From positions 1-52,471 of the forward strand of contig JAFGVM010000061.1 of the NCBI GenBank assembly GCA_016937995.1: a stretch of DNA of 52,471 nt. The letters are read 5' to 3'. Source of the stretch: Candidatus Delongbacteria bacterium (GTDB lineage: Bacteria > UBA4055). Position numbers and translations under genes: made by a program. Shown here piece after piece: positions 52,167 to 52,471 of this stretch (positions within the stretch are counted from its first letter, which is position 1; each line of letters begins with the position of its first letter). Under the pieces are notes generated by a model. It was not told the DNA's origin. It made no database searches and was given only the letters and a program-made list of their open reading frames with translations.

Positions 52167-52471
52167 ATGAGGAATCTATTAATCGCGGTTTTAGTAATGG
52201 TAGGGATCATGTTCGCGCATGCTCTTAAAGAAGAGGATACATCGAACAGACCGCTGTTCAATCAGGGTACTGTCAAAATCCAGCTCAAAGAATCTGTGAT
52301 GACATCAAAAGATTTTCAAGTAAAAGAGTTCGGAAAAGAATACGTGCAAACAGGGATCTCTTCACTGGATGAGATCGCAATAAAAATTAAAGCTGTTAAT
52401 CCTAGAGTAACACACATTGACGCAAAGAATAAGGAATTGGCTAAAAAACTCGGTCTTGACAGATGGATCAC
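52167..52471 (+). CDS. 5' part of a secreted protein (possibly a subtilase/S8 prodomain), running off the window; absent from the ORF track
   Basis: SD GGAGG; open frame MRNLLIAVLVMVGIMFAHALKEEDTSNRPLFNQGTVKIQLK...TGISSLD...GLDRWI to the window end. Confidence 0.75.
   Translation, partial: MRNLLIAVLVMVGIMFAHALKEEDTSNRPLFNQGTVKIQLKESVMTSKDFQVKEFGKEYVQTGISSLDEIAIKIKAVNPRVTHIDAKNKELAKKLGLDRWI

Overview
AT-rich bacterial chromosome segment, gene-dense and mostly housekeeping. The gene content (PorX-like, PorV-like, DUF4292, C25 gingipain-type peptidase, secretion-CTD protein, short RpoD-family sigma, archaeal/eukaryote-type ProRS, LpxD) points to a diderm of the FCB superphylum, possibly a candidate phylum such as Delongbacteria; this is inference only. 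It contains clpB-degP-sigma (with a perfect sigma54 promoter), polA, a tandem-cyclase/STAND/TPR protein, an envelope cluster ending in porX-like and lpxD, guaB-proS-divergent prs-like, a PlpD-type patatin, a TPP-riboswitch thiSGHEC operon, orphan groES, lnt, thiI and secreted proteases. No tRNA, rRNA, CRISPR array, transposase or prophage gene was recognised. The most unusual signal is non-coding. Many intergenic gaps hold short palindromic repeats of several families. These are often stacked in a fixed order in the direction of transcription right after stop codons, and a 16-bp palindrome (TCCCGATnnATCGGGA) has replaced the core of about five different host repeat families. Other highlights are a promoter-uORF-terminator leader in front of guaB, a PRPP-synthetase-like protein with eroded catalytic motifs, and an orphan beta-barrel plus charge-bipartite helical protein pair. 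All family assignments come from motif recognition by eye, not database searches.
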